Assembly (NCBI GenBank): GCA_965202805.1
Contig: OZ241869.1
Location: 1,984,001 to 2,048,000, forward strand
Direction of reading: 5' to 3'
From: Longimicrobiales bacterium
GTDB lineage: Bacteria > Gemmatimonadota > Gemmatimonadetes > Longimicrobiales > Gaopeijiaceae
Length of the DNA stretch: 64,000 nt
The notes below the pieces were generated by a model, which saw only the letters and a program-made list of their open reading frames with translations, had not been told where the DNA came from and searched no databases. Below are positions 50,102 through 59,920 of this stretch, piece by piece. The first letter of the stretch is position 1, and each line of letters opens with the position of its first letter. The translations under genes were made by a program, and so were the position numbers.

Positions 50102-51319
50102 TCACCGGGAACGTAGCGTTCCCGGCTCGATTTCGCCCGTCCGGAGCCGGTCCAGATAGTCGGCCCAAGCCTGCATCATGATGCGGCGCTCGGGTAGGAA
50201 CGCCGTCCGGTTGTAGGCCCGGCCGTTGGGATCCCTGACGGCGTGGGCCAGCTGATGCTCGATGAAGTCGGGCCGGAACCCCAGCACCTCGTCCAGAATC
50301 GTGCGCGCCATCGCGCGGAATCCGTGCATCGTCATCCGCTCCTTCGGGATGTCCAGCGCCCGGAACGCGCTCCAGAGCGTGCCCCGGCTCATCGGTAGCT
50401 CCCGGTATGGAAAACGCGCGTTCGGGAAGGCGTAGCGGTGGTGCCCCGTCATGGGACGGACCTCGCGGAGGATCGCGACCGCCTGCCGCGCCAACGGCAC
50501 CACATGCGGCCTGCCGGTCTTCGTCACCGTGTAGCGCCACTCGGCCCCTTCAAGGTCGATGCCGTCCCACTCCGCCGCGACCAACTCGCCGAGGCGCACG
50601 AAAACCAGCGGCGCGAGCCGGAGCGCGCAGCGCACCGGGAGCGTCCCGGAATAGGTGTCCAACTGCCGTAGCAACGGACCGACCTCCCTCGGGTCGGTGA
50701 TCGCCGCGAAGTGCTTCGTCTTGACGGGCGGCAGCGCCCCGCGCAGGTCCGCCGACACGTCCCGCTCCGCGCGTCCCGTCGCCACGGCGTAGCGTAGCAC
50801 CCGCCCGCAGACCTGGAAGACGGTGTGCGCCTTCCTCAGGTGGCCGCGCGCCTCGACGCGGCGGACCACGGCCAGCAGGTCCGGCGCGGTGATTTCCGCG
50901 ACCGGACTCGCGCCGATGTAGGGGAAGGCCTCCCGCTCCAGCTCGCGCTCAAGCCGCCGAACCCAACCCGCGGACCAGTTGGGCGAGTGCTTGGTCAGCC
51001 ATTCGGTCGCCACGGCCTCGAAACTGTTGTTGGCCCCTTGCCGCCGGGACTGCTTCCGCGCCTTCCGGTAGGCGCTCGGGTCGATGTCCCGCGCCAGCAG
51101 CTTGCGGGCCTCGTCCCTGCGCTGCCGCGCCAGCTTCAGCGAGACCTCGGGATAGATCCCCATCGAGATCCGCTTCTCCCTGCCCGCGAAGCGGTACTTG
51201 AAGCGCCAAGCCTTGGTGCCGCGCGGGGCGATTTCGAGGTAGAGGCCGCGGCTGTCGTACAGCTTGCGCGGCTTCTCGCGGGGCTTGGCCTTGCGGATGG
51301 CGGTGGCTGTCAGTGGCAT
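50102..51319 (-). CDS. P4-like tyrosine integrase with N-terminal arm-binding domain
   Basis: LTATAIRKAKP...DSRGLYL...WRFKYRFAG; R.GEL; HGFR; HQLAH; AYNRT. Confidence 0.95.
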   Translation of the reverse strand: MPLTATAIRKAKPREKPRKLYDSRGLYLEIAPRGTKAWRFKYRFAGREKRISMGIYPEVSLKLARQRRDEARKLLARDIDPSAYRKARKQSRRQGANNSFEAVATEWLTKHSPNWSAGWVRRLERELEREAFPYIGASPVAEITAPDLLAVVRRVEARGHLRKAHTVFQVCGRVLRYAVATGRAERDVSADLRGALPPVKTKHFAAITDPREVGPLLRQLDTYSGTLPVRCALRLAPLVFVRLGELVAAEWDGIDLEGAEWRYTVTKTGRPHVVPLARQAVAILREVRPMTGHHRYAFPNARFPYRELPMSRGTLWSAFRALDIPKERMTMHGFRAMARTILDEVLGFRPDFIEHQLAHAVRDPNGRAYNRTAFLPERRIMMQAWADYLDRLRTGEIEPGTLRSR

Positions 51320-51492
51320 GTTGGGGCATCCTGTAAGCGTTACGGAGATATGCCCCTGAATGATGCCCCAATAATGACCGGGATGTCAAGGAGTGGGAGC
51401 GGATCGCCCTGGAGGCGAAATGTCCCGTAAACCCATTGCTTACAACACTTATTGGGATTCCATGGAACGCCCCTGAACCTCGATCGACAGAA

Positions 51493-51777
51493 AACGGCAA
51501 CCTCTCCAACACAGCCCTCCAGCAGGCTTCGGTCGCGGCGGCGCTGAGCCAGGGACGCATCAACGCGGCCGTCGGCCAGGTGCTCGCCCACGAGGCCGCC
51601 CTCGAGGCGAGCCGCGCGCGGCAGGCCGAACTCGCCCGGCTCGAATGGCTCGGCCGCTGGGCCGATGGCCGCACGCGCGCGAACGCGCTTGCCGAGGAGA
51701 TGCGCGACGCGGCGTCGCTGAACCGGGCCGCGCTCCGCGGCGGGCTCCTGCTCCGCGTCCCGTCGTTCTACCGGTAG
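51493..51777 (+). pseudogene. VirB5/TrbJ-like gene, 3' part
   Basis: Resumes NGNLSNTALQQ..., in frame with the 5' part across the direct repeat. Confidence 0.7.
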
Positions 51778-51791
51778 GGGGCGCGACGGCC

Positions 51792-52781
51792 ATGCAACTT
51801 CCCCCGCAGTCCATCGACCCGAACGTGCCCTCGCAGATCCCGGCCGATCAGCTTCAGGACTTCAAGAGCTTCCTCGACATCGTGCTCGACTCGGTGGTCG
51901 GCGGAGCCGCGCCCGACGTGCACGCGCTGGGCCTCCAGCTCTGGGGCGGGCTCGCCGCCGTGATGGTCGCGTGGACGGGACTCAAGATCGCGTTCAGCGG
52001 CACCTTCCACCCCTGGGAGATCGTCAGGCTCGTGATCGGGATCGCGATCCCCCGCACGCTGCTCCACTACTACGTCGTCCCGATCCCCGGCGCCGGGCTC
52101 ACGTTTCCGGCCATGATCGCCGGAGGCGGGATCTGGCTCCAGAACCTGTTCCTCTCCGACGTGGTGTCGGCGGGCTACACCGAGATGACCGCGCTCGTGC
52201 AGGCGTACTCCGCCCATTTGAGCGCGGCGTGGTCCACGGGCAACCTGCTGTCGGTCGTGACGGCGGGCGCGACCGTGATCTTCTCCTCGCTCGCCTCGCT
52301 CGCGATGGGCGCCTCGCTCGTGGTCTGCCTGCTGGCGCTGTTCTGCGTCACCTACGCGCAGGTGATCTGGGCGCAGGTCGCCATCGCCATCGCGATCCTG
52401 CTCGGTCCGGTGTTCATCGCGTTCCTGCTCTTCGAGCCGCTCTCGTTCCTGTTCTGGGGATGGTTCCGGACCATGATGGTCTACACGCTCTACGGCGTCG
52501 TGGCCGGGGCCGTGCTGCGGGTCTTCATGGGCGTCGGCATGGGCTACATCACGACCTACGCCGACGCGCTCATGGGCACCGGCACCGCCGATCCGTTCGA
52601 GCTCTGGCTCTGGGCCGTCGTGCTGATGCCGCTCATCGTCTCCGGCCTCATGGCCGGCCTCAAGGTCGGCGAACTCGCCGGGATGCTCGTGTCCGGCTCC
52701 GGCAACGCCGGGTCCGGGTTCGTCGCGCTCATCATGCGCGGAGCCGGGGCCGCCGCGGCCCCGGCCAAGCCACCCGCCTGA
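51792..52781 (+). CDS. virB6: VirB6/TrbL
   Basis: Polytopic membrane protein; LLGPVFIAFLLF..LSFLFWGW. Confidence 0.85.
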   Translation: MQLPPQSIDPNVPSQIPADQLQDFKSFLDIVLDSVVGGAAPDVHALGLQLWGGLAAVMVAWTGLKIAFSGTFHPWEIVRLVIGIAIPRTLLHYYVVPIPGAGLTFPAMIAGGGIWLQNLFLSDVVSAGYTEMTALVQAYSAHLSAAWSTGNLLSVVTAGATVIFSSLASLAMGASLVVCLLALFCVTYAQVIWAQVAIAIAILLGPVFIAFLLFEPLSFLFWGWFRTMMVYTLYGVVAGAVLRVFMGVGMGYITTYADALMGTGTADPFELWLWAVVLMPLIVSGLMAGLKVGELAGMLVSGSGNAGSGFVALIMRGAGAAAAPAKPPA

Positions 52782-52798
52782 ACCCCTGGGAGAAGCCA

Positions 52799-53467
52799 AT
52801 GAAACGAGACCGTGACGCGGGCCGCGAGTACGCCGAGATCTGGGGCGAGGCGGTGCAGGCGAACCGGAAGCTGCGGAGGATCGTTGTGCTGCTTGCCGCG
52901 AGCATCGTCCTCGGCGTCCTGGTCCTGGTGCGGATCGCGGGCACCGAGCCGCCCAAGCCCATCGTGATCCGAGTGGACGAGGTGGGCCGCGCCGAGGCGC
53001 TGGCCTACGAGGCCGCGACCGCGCAGGCCGATCCGCTCGATCCGACCACCAAGTATTTCCTCAACCGGTTCGTCCACGACTTCCACTCGCGACGGCGGGC
53101 GACGGTGCAAGAGCACTGGACGCGGAGCCTCCGGTTCCTCTCGACTGGACTCGCCAACGCGGCGTTCGCGCGCGACGGCGACGAGGTGGCCGCCGTGGCG
53201 GCCGGGACCGCCGAAACCGAGTCCCAGGTCGAACAGGTGGTGCTCCGCATCCACCCCGCGCCCGAGCCGCCGCACGGCGCGACCGCCGACTTCGATCTCG
53301 TGCACCTCAGCGGCGAGCAGGAGGTCCGGCGCGAACGCTGGTCGCTCACGCTCCGGTTCGAGTTCCTCGACTCCGTCCCGCCCGAGCTGGTCGTCCACAA
53401 CCCGATGGGGCTCCTCGTCACCTACATGCAGGCCGACCGGGCGCTCGTGACCGGGGAGTCGCCGTGA
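52799..53467 (+). CDS. virB8: VirB8/TrbF
   Basis: TM, PIVIRVDEVG, C-terminal NPMGLLV. Confidence 0.85.
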   Translation: MKRDRDAGREYAEIWGEAVQANRKLRRIVVLLAASIVLGVLVLVRIAGTEPPKPIVIRVDEVGRAEALAYEAATAQADPLDPTTKYFLNRFVHDFHSRRRATVQEHWTRSLRFLSTGLANAAFARDGDEVAAVAAGTAETESQVEQVVLRIHPAPEPPHGATADFDLVHLSGEQEVRRERWSLTLRFEFLDSVPPELVVHNPMGLLVTYMQADRALVTGESP

Positions 53468-54399
53468 TCGCGCACCTGAAGGGGCGCGAGAAGGCGCTCG
53501 AAGCGTTCGGCTGGACGGGCGGGCAGGCGGAGTGGATCGCGCTGGTGTGCCTGCACAGCGGCGTGTTCACCCGCGACCAGATCTCCGACTGGCTCGGGAT
53601 CGATCGCTTCAAGGCGCTCCGCTTCGTACGGGACATCACGGAGCGGAGGCTGGCGGCCGAAGACGGGCTTGCCGGCCGGAGGGTCTGCCGGATCTTCGCG
53701 CGGCCGGTGTACCGGGCGCTCGGGGCCGAGGACATCCGCCACCGCCGGATCGCGTCCACCGAGGTGCTCCTCCGACGCCTGCTCTCGCTCGACTACGTCA
53801 TCGGGCACACCGGCCTGCCGTGGCTCCCCACCGAGCCCGAGAAGGTCGGCGCGTTCGAGGCGCTCGGGATCGAGCGCTCGCTCCTCCCCGTCAGGGTGTA
53901 CCGGGGCGCCGCCGGCGACACCCGGCGCTACTTCCCCCTCAAGCTGCCCGTCGCGCTCGGCACGGACCGCGCGGTGTTCGTCTACGCCGATCCGGGCCAC
54001 AACACGGCGAAGGCGCTCCACTCGTGGGGCCGCGCTCACCGGGAACTCTGGGGTGCGCTCCAGGAGCGGGGCCGGCAGGTCGAGGCCGTCGCCGTCGTCC
54101 GCACCGGCCGGCAGTTCGACCGGGCGGAGAAGGTCCTGGCCAACTGGGCCGACCCGGCCCGGTCCCCCGGCCGCTCGAAAGCGTCCGCGACCGGCCGCCG
54201 GATCCGCCGCGAGATCGAGCGGATCGAGGACGGCATCCGCAGCAGGGACGAGAGCGTGACCGGAGCCTACGGCAGCCTCCGGGGCTGTCTGGCGCGCCTC
54301 GCCGAACTCCGGGCGGCGCTCCCGACCGCGCCATCGGAGGCGATGATCGACGGCTTCACGGTGTGGCGTTCGAGCCGGTTGTCGAAGGGCCTGTTTTGA
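53464..54399 (+). CDS. Hypothetical DNA-binding protein in the transfer operon (relaxase/accessory candidate)
   Basis: Coupled to virB8; wHTH-like N-terminus (LHSGVFTRDQ); precedes a structured intergenic region. Confidence 0.7.
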   Translation: MIAHLKGREKALEAFGWTGGQAEWIALVCLHSGVFTRDQISDWLGIDRFKALRFVRDITERRLAAEDGLAGRRVCRIFARPVYRALGAEDIRHRRIASTEVLLRRLLSLDYVIGHTGLPWLPTEPEKVGAFEALGIERSLLPVRVYRGAAGDTRRYFPLKLPVALGTDRAVFVYADPGHNTAKALHSWGRAHRELWGALQERGRQVEAVAVVRTGRQFDRAEKVLANWADPARSPGRSKASATGRRIRREIERIEDGIRSRDESVTGAYGSLRGCLARLAELRAALPTAPSEAMIDGFTVWRSSRLSKGLF

Positions 54400-54703
54400 C
54401 CGCCCGGAAGCGGGTCCCGGTGCTGCACCGGGAGTGCACATGTCACATCGGGGTCCTTGTGCACGGAAACCGCGTTCCGGCGTGCACGCCTCCGGTTCCG
54501 CATGCCGCTGGCGCGCTTTCGGTTGCGCCACGTCCGGCGGAGTGCGGGTGCCGATCCGCGCTCCGCGGACGTGGATGGGAGCGACCCCCCATCTCGGCAT
54601 GCCTCGATCGGCACCGGGAAGGATGGCGATGTGCATCCCCATCCTCCCCGCCGCTGCGGGGTCGCTCCCAATCAGCAGTCCCTACGGGAAGGTTGTCCGT
54701 CCG

Positions 54704-56746
54704 ATGAGAACGGGCACGCTCGTCATCATCGGGGCCGCCGTCGGAGCGGCCGGCGCGCAGGCGCTCGAAGCGCCGTTCCCGGGCGTGGGCGCCAACCCCT
54801 TCCTCGACCTCGTCGCCCGGCACGATCCGGCGCTGCACGACCTGCTCCGCGCCTGGTACTACTCCGCGCCCGCCCTCGCCGTCGCGCTCGCGGGTTCGTT
54901 CGCGCTGTCGGCCTGGCGGGTCTGGTTCCAGCCGCTCTTCCGGCTCAGGCGGCGGGGCACGCTGCCCGCCTGGCCCGCCTCGCCCAAGGCCGAGGCGCCC
55001 GCGCTCGTCATCGGCGAACTCCACCACCCGACCGTGCCGCGCGAGAGCGAGCGGCCGTCCTGGCTCGTGATCCCCGAGAAGGGGCTCTACACCGGCATGC
55101 TCGTCGTGGGCGCCGTCGGCACGGGCAAGACCAGCGGCTGCATGTATCCCTTCGCCCGGCAGATCCTCTCCTGGCGGGCCGACGATCCCGAGCGCCGCGC
55201 GGGCGCGCTCGTGCTCGAAGTCAAAGGGGACTTCTGCCACCAGGTCCGGGGCATCCTTGAAGACGCCGGGCGCGGGGACGACTACATGGAGCTCGGGCTC
55301 GGCGGGTCGCTCCAGTGGAACCCGCTCGACGATCCGCTGCTCGACTCCTACTCGCTCGCCTACGGCGTCGCCTCTCTCATCAACCAGCTCTTCGGCAAGA
55401 GTCGAGAACCGTTCTGGCAACAGGCGTACACGAACCTCGTCCGGTGGATCGTCGAGCTTCATCGGCTCCTGCCGGGGGGCTGGGTCACCCTCCAGGACAT
55501 CTACCGCTGCACCGTCGACGCGGAGCTCTTCGCGCAGAGGATCGCCGAGGCCCAGGACAGGGCGGACCGGATCTCGCCGGTGGACGCCGTCATCTCCCAC
55601 GAGGACATGATCGCGCACGCCGACGCGCTCAAGAAGTGGGACTGGGAGCGGGTGTCCGGCGACGCGGAGCGCGTGCGCTGCCGGATGGACGCCGGGCTTC
55701 GCGCCAAGCTCGCGAAGCTCGAAGTCGCGGGCGCGACGGAACCGGCCGGGGGAGGTGCGGGCATCGAGTTCCGCCAGCAGGTCGAGGCGATCGAGCGGTG
55801 GTATCTCCATGACTGGATGGCGCTCGACGCGAAGCTCCGCACTTCGATCGTCGAAGGGATCAGCGTGTTCCTCTCGCTGTTCGACCAGCCGGCCGTGGCG
55901 GGCGTGTTCTGCCCGCCGCCGCCCGCCACCTCCTCCGCCGGGACCGAGACGGGCGGAGAGGACGAAGGCGCCGAGGACGTGCCCGCCCACCCCCTGCCGG
56001 GACTCCGGCGTAGGCTGCCGCCGCTCTCGGAGCTGATCGAGGGCGGCAAGGTGCTGGCGCTCAACATGCCCGCCGGGGCGAACCCCGCGCTGGCGCGCGC
56101 CATCGGCGTGCTGCTCAAGAACGCCTGGATGCAGGCGCTGCTCCGGCGGCCCGCCGAGGCCGCGCGCTACCCGGACCGCTACATGCGGCCCGCCGTCTTC
56201 ATTTGCGACGAGTACCAGGCGTTCGCCACGGTCGGGCAGGACGACCCCTCCGGCGACGAGAAGGCGTTCGCGCTCACGCGGCAGTGCCGGTGCATCCCGA
56301 TCGTCGCCACGCAGTCGATCTCCTCGCTCCGCTCGGTGCTGCCCTCGGGCGAGGCGTGGCGCACGCTCGTCCAGACGCTCCGCACGCGGATCTTCCTGTC
56401 GCTCTCCGACGAGTCGTCGGCCAAGATCGCGTCCGAGATGTGCGGCTCCGTCATGAGGACGCAGGCCTCCTACACGTTCACCGAGAACACGGGGAGGCCC
56501 GAGTTCTCGCTCCTGTCCGGGCGCGCCGGCGGCGGGCGCGGCACGATCGGCGCGAGCAAGTCGTTCCGGCAGTCGCGGGAGCCGGTGTTCACACCGCGCG
56601 AGTTCTCGCTGCTCGCCAACTACCAGGCGGTCTGCCTGCCCTACGACGGCGTCAAGTCGCTCCCGGCCACCCGCGTCTACCTGAAGCCCCACTACCTGCC
56701 CCGCGAGACGGGCTACTGGCGGCTGCGGGAGGAGGGACGGCTGTGA
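54704..56746 (+). CDS. virD4: Type IV coupling protein (VirD4/TraD-like)
   Basis: N-terminal TM; GAVGTGKT; FICDEYQ; IVATQSISSL. Confidence 0.88.
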   Translation: MRTGTLVIIGAAVGAAGAQALEAPFPGVGANPFLDLVARHDPALHDLLRAWYYSAPALAVALAGSFALSAWRVWFQPLFRLRRRGTLPAWPASPKAEAPALVIGELHHPTVPRESERPSWLVIPEKGLYTGMLVVGAVGTGKTSGCMYPFARQILSWRADDPERRAGALVLEVKGDFCHQVRGILEDAGRGDDYMELGLGGSLQWNPLDDPLLDSYSLAYGVASLINQLFGKSREPFWQQAYTNLVRWIVELHRLLPGGWVTLQDIYRCTVDAELFAQRIAEAQDRADRISPVDAVISHEDMIAHADALKKWDWERVSGDAERVRCRMDAGLRAKLAKLEVAGATEPAGGGAGIEFRQQVEAIERWYLHDWMALDAKLRTSIVEGISVFLSLFDQPAVAGVFCPPPPATSSAGTETGGEDEGAEDVPAHPLPGLRRRLPPLSELIEGGKVLALNMPAGANPALARAIGVLLKNAWMQALLRRPAEAARYPDRYMRPAVFICDEYQAFATVGQDDPSGDEKAFALTRQCRCIPIVATQSISSLRSVLPSGEAWRTLVQTLRTRIFLSLSDESSAKIASEMCGSVMRTQASYTFTENTGRPEFSLLSGRAGGGRGTIGASKSFRQSREPVFTPREFSLLANYQAVCLPYDGVKSLPATRVYLKPHYLPRETGYWRLREEGRL

Positions 56747-57759
56747 AGCGCGCCAGCGGCGTCGGCCACCTCACCCCGTTCCTTCCGGGCCTTGGAGCCC
56801 TGCTCGAAGACCCGGAGGTCTCCGAGATCATGATCAACGGTCCCGCGAACGTCTGGGTCGAGCGCGGCGGCCGTCTGGAGCCCCACGAGGCGCCCGAACT
56901 CACCGCGGCGTGGCTCCACCGCGCCGCGATCCACATCGCCCGGCCGCTCGGGCTCGATCCCGCCGCGAGGCCGATCCTGGACGCCCGGCTGGGCGACGGA
57001 TCGCGGGTCGCCATCTGCACGCCGCCAGCCGCGCCCGAGGTCGCGATCACCATCCGCCGGTTCGGCGGCCGCGCGTTCTCCGCCGAGGATCTGGTGCGGC
57101 TGGGCTCGCTGCCCGAGGACGTCCTCGAAGCCGCTCGGAACACGCTTGCGTCCCGCCAGAACATCCTGGTCTCCGGCGGCACGGGGTCGGGCAAGACCAC
57201 GCTCCTGAACGCGCTGATCGAACTCCTGCCGGAGGACGAGCGGATCGTCGCCATCGAGGACACGCTCGAACTCAGGATCGACCGGGCGAACTGCCTCCGC
57301 TTCGAGGCCGGAGCCACCCTCTCCGAGACGCCCGTCGAGATCCGCGACCTGGTGCGCCACGCGCTCCGCCACCGGCCCGACCACATCGTCGTCGGCGAGG
57401 TGCGGGGCGGCGAGGCCGCCGACCTGCTCCAGGCCCTCAACACCGGCCACGGGGGCTCGCTCACGACCATCCACGCCAACAACGCGCGCTCTGCGCTCTC
57501 GCGTCTCGCGAGTTGCGCCATGCAGGCCGGAGACGCGCTTCCCTGGGAGGTGACCTGCCGGGGCGTCGTCGACGGGATCGCGCTCGTCCTGCACGTGGCC
57601 CGCCGCGGAGGCCGGCGGTTCGTCGAGGACGCGCTCGAAGTATGCGGCTACGACACGCCCACCGGTCGCTGGATCACCGCGCCGCCCGGACCCGGGCCCG
57701 GGACGCAACGGAGAGAAGAACCCACACCCACACACCCCCCGAAGGAGGTGAAGGCATGA
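56743..57759 (+). CDS. virB11: VirB11/TrbB ATPase
   Basis: EIMINGP, SGGTGSGKTT, IEDTLEL, LRHRPDHIVVGEVRG, NTGHGG...TIHAN. Confidence 0.92.
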   Translation: MKRASGVGHLTPFLPGLGALLEDPEVSEIMINGPANVWVERGGRLEPHEAPELTAAWLHRAAIHIARPLGLDPAARPILDARLGDGSRVAICTPPAAPEVAITIRRFGGRAFSAEDLVRLGSLPEDVLEAARNTLASRQNILVSGGTGSGKTTLLNALIELLPEDERIVAIEDTLELRIDRANCLRFEAGATLSETPVEIRDLVRHALRHRPDHIVVGEVRGGEAADLLQALNTGHGGSLTTIHANNARSALSRLASCAMQAGDALPWEVTCRGVVDGIALVLHVARRGGRRFVEDALEVCGYDTPTGRWITAPPGPGPGTQRREEPTPTHPPKEVKA

Positions 57760-57953
57760 CCTGGAACGGCAGGACCATCCCCATCGAGACGTTCGAGGAC
57801 TTCGACCGGGAACTGGCCCGCGACGGCGGCGAGACCCTCGAAGTCGCGGCCTACCTGGCCGAGGAGTACGGCCTCTTCCCCGAGGATGTCGGGACCGAGG
57901 ACGAGATCGCGGCCGCCTGGGACGACCCGCACGGCGAGGAGGTGGACGGATGA
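57756..57953 (+). CDS. Small very acidic protein (65 aa)
   Basis: AAGGAGGT RBS; ATGA overlaps on both sides; 20 D/E vs 3 R. Confidence 0.7.
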   Translation: MTWNGRTIPIETFEDFDRELARDGGETLEVAAYLAEEYGLFPEDVGTEDEIAAAWDDPHGEEVDG

Positions 57954-58987
57954 AGCACGACGAGTACCACCGCAAGTTCGCCGACGCGATCATCGAGCAG
58001 ATCAGGAAGGGCACCGCGCCTTGGCAGAAGCCGTGGGCGCCGGGCGAGCGCGTGATGCCCATGAACGTGGACACCGACCGCTCCTACCGGGGCGGCAACA
58101 GCCTGCACCTCGCCGCCGTCCAGCAGGAGGAGGGCTACGGCGACGTGCGCTGGGGCACCTACCGCCAGATCCAGGCCCGGGGCGGACAGGTCAGGAAGGG
58201 CGAGCGCGGCACCCGCATCCTCTCCTTCCAGGACAGGAAGCGGATCGCCGTAACCGACGAGCGCGGACGGCCCCGGAGGGACGCGGAGGGCAAGCGCATC
58301 TACCGCTACGAGAAGCTCAAGACGCCGTTCGTGCGCCAGTACACGGTGTTCAACGCCGAGCAGGCCGACGGGCTGCCCGCACGCGCGAACCCCACGCCCG
58401 AGCCGCTCTGGAAGGCCCACCAGGAGGCCGAGCGGGTCATGGAGGACGGTGGCGTCCCCATCCGCCACGTCGCGGGCGACCGCGCCTACTACCACATGAA
58501 GCGCGACGAGATCGTGCTGCCCGAGCGCGGGCAGTTCCCCTCCGCCAACCACTACTACCAGACCGCGCTCCACGAGTTGGGCCACAGCACCGGCCACGAG
58601 AGCCGCATGAACCGCGAGACGCTCATCAAGGGCATCGGGAACGGGTTCGGGTCGCCCGACTACGCGAGGGAGGAACTGCGGGCCGAGATCAGCGCGATGA
58701 TGACCGGCGAGCGCGTGGGCGTCGGACACGACCCGAGCCGGGGCGCGGCCTACGTCGAGGGCTGGATCCAGGCGCTCGAGGAGGACCCGCGCGAGATCCG
58801 GCGCGCCGCCGCCGACGCGCAGAAGATCTCCGACTTCGTGCTCGTCCGGCACATCGAGCGCGAGACCGCGCGGGAGGCCGAGCCCATCGCCGCGGCCCGC
58901 GCGCCGGGACCTCAGGGACTTCAGAGGATCCAGGTCCCCGTGCCGAAGATCCCGGTGCCCGAGAGGAACCTCGGGCCGAGCCGCTGA
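57950..58987 (+). CDS. ardC: ArdC-family ssDNA-binding/zincin antirestriction protein
   Basis: PWQKPW, YRGGN, WGTYRQ...GGQVRKGE, VFNAEQ, HELGHSTGH, YAREELRAE. Confidence 0.92.
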   Translation: MKHDEYHRKFADAIIEQIRKGTAPWQKPWAPGERVMPMNVDTDRSYRGGNSLHLAAVQQEEGYGDVRWGTYRQIQARGGQVRKGERGTRILSFQDRKRIAVTDERGRPRRDAEGKRIYRYEKLKTPFVRQYTVFNAEQADGLPARANPTPEPLWKAHQEAERVMEDGGVPIRHVAGDRAYYHMKRDEIVLPERGQFPSANHYYQTALHELGHSTGHESRMNRETLIKGIGNGFGSPDYAREELRAEISAMMTGERVGVGHDPSRGAAYVEGWIQALEEDPREIRRAAADAQKISDFVLVRHIERETAREAEPIAAARAPGPQGLQRIQVPVPKIPVPERNLGPSR

Positions 58988-58994
58988 CGGCCGC

Positions 58995-59900
58995 TTGAGA
59001 AGCAGGGAGATGTCCGGCCGCACGGCCGCACCGGACCCGCGCCCCGCCGCGCCACCCAGCCGCAATCGCTCACCGATGCGGAAAGGCCACCGCCGAGAAT
59101 ACGCCGCGGGCCGGGCGCGCGGGTCCACCATCTCCTTCCGCGAACGTTGCGCCGGGGCGCTGACCGACATCGGCGTCTTCGGCGCGGTCTCCTACCGCGA
59201 TCTCGCCGAGGCCCGCTTCGGCGGGCATCCGCACACCACCCGCCGCGCCGTGAACGCGTGGATCGGCGAGGGATGGGTCCAGGAGCACCGGGCCACCGGA
59301 CCGAAGGGCAACCCCTTCAAGGTCCTGACCCTCACCCGGGAGGGCGCGGCCGAGGCCCGGAAGCTGGCCGCCGAGCGGGGCATGGATCCCGCCCAGACGA
59401 TCCGCCCGGCGCGGATCCGGGCCTCCGAAACCGCCCACGACACCGCCATCTACCGCGCCTGCCGGAAGGAGCGGAAACGGCTCGAAGCGGAGGGAGCCAC
59501 CGTCCGGCGCGTCCGGCTCGACACCGAACTCAAGGGCGCCGTCGCGCGCGCGAGCGAGGCGACCCGCCGCAAGGACGGCAAGCGGGCCGCCGACGCCGAA
59601 CGCCACCGCATCGCCGGCGAACTCGGCCTCCCCATCGACGACGACGGGCGGGTGCTCTACCCGGACGCCCGGATCGAATACAACGACGCCGAGGGACGCA
59701 CGGGCCGCGTCAACGTCGAGGCCGTCTCCGGCAACTACCGCGAACCCGCCGTCAAGGCGAAGGCCGCCGCCGGGTTCCGACTCCACGCCAACGGCCCGGC
59801 CGCCGAGGGCCTGCTGCGCAAGCTCGGGCTCGGCGCGGACGACAGCGGGGCCTGGCTGCGCGGACCCCTCGACCGTGACCCGGCCACCGTCGAACTCTGA
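58995..59900 (+). CDS. Hypothetical wHTH + PD-(D/E)xK-like protein (start uncertain)
   Basis: wHTH-like LTDIGVFGAVSYRDL...LTLTREG; HDTAIY; YPDARIEY...VNVE. Confidence 0.6.
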   Translation: MRSREMSGRTAAPDPRPAAPPSRNRSPMRKGHRREYAAGRARGSTISFRERCAGALTDIGVFGAVSYRDLAEARFGGHPHTTRRAVNAWIGEGWVQEHRATGPKGNPFKVLTLTREGAAEARKLAAERGMDPAQTIRPARIRASETAHDTAIYRACRKERKRLEAEGATVRRVRLDTELKGAVARASEATRRKDGKRAADAERHRIAGELGLPIDDDGRVLYPDARIEYNDAEGRTGRVNVEAVSGNYREPAVKAKAAAGFRLHANGPAAEGLLRKLGLGADDSGAWLRGPLDRDPATVEL

Positions 59901-59920
59901 CCACAGCGGAGGAAACCGCC

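Larger units (their letters stand above)
42840..51503. mobile_element. Nested ~8.7 kb integrative mobilisable element
   Basis: Direct repeat AACGGCAACCT at 42840-42850 and 51493-51503; P4-type integrase, AlpA, mob genes; TGCCCC arm-like repeats at ~42910-42945 and ~51323-51370. Confidence 0.88.
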
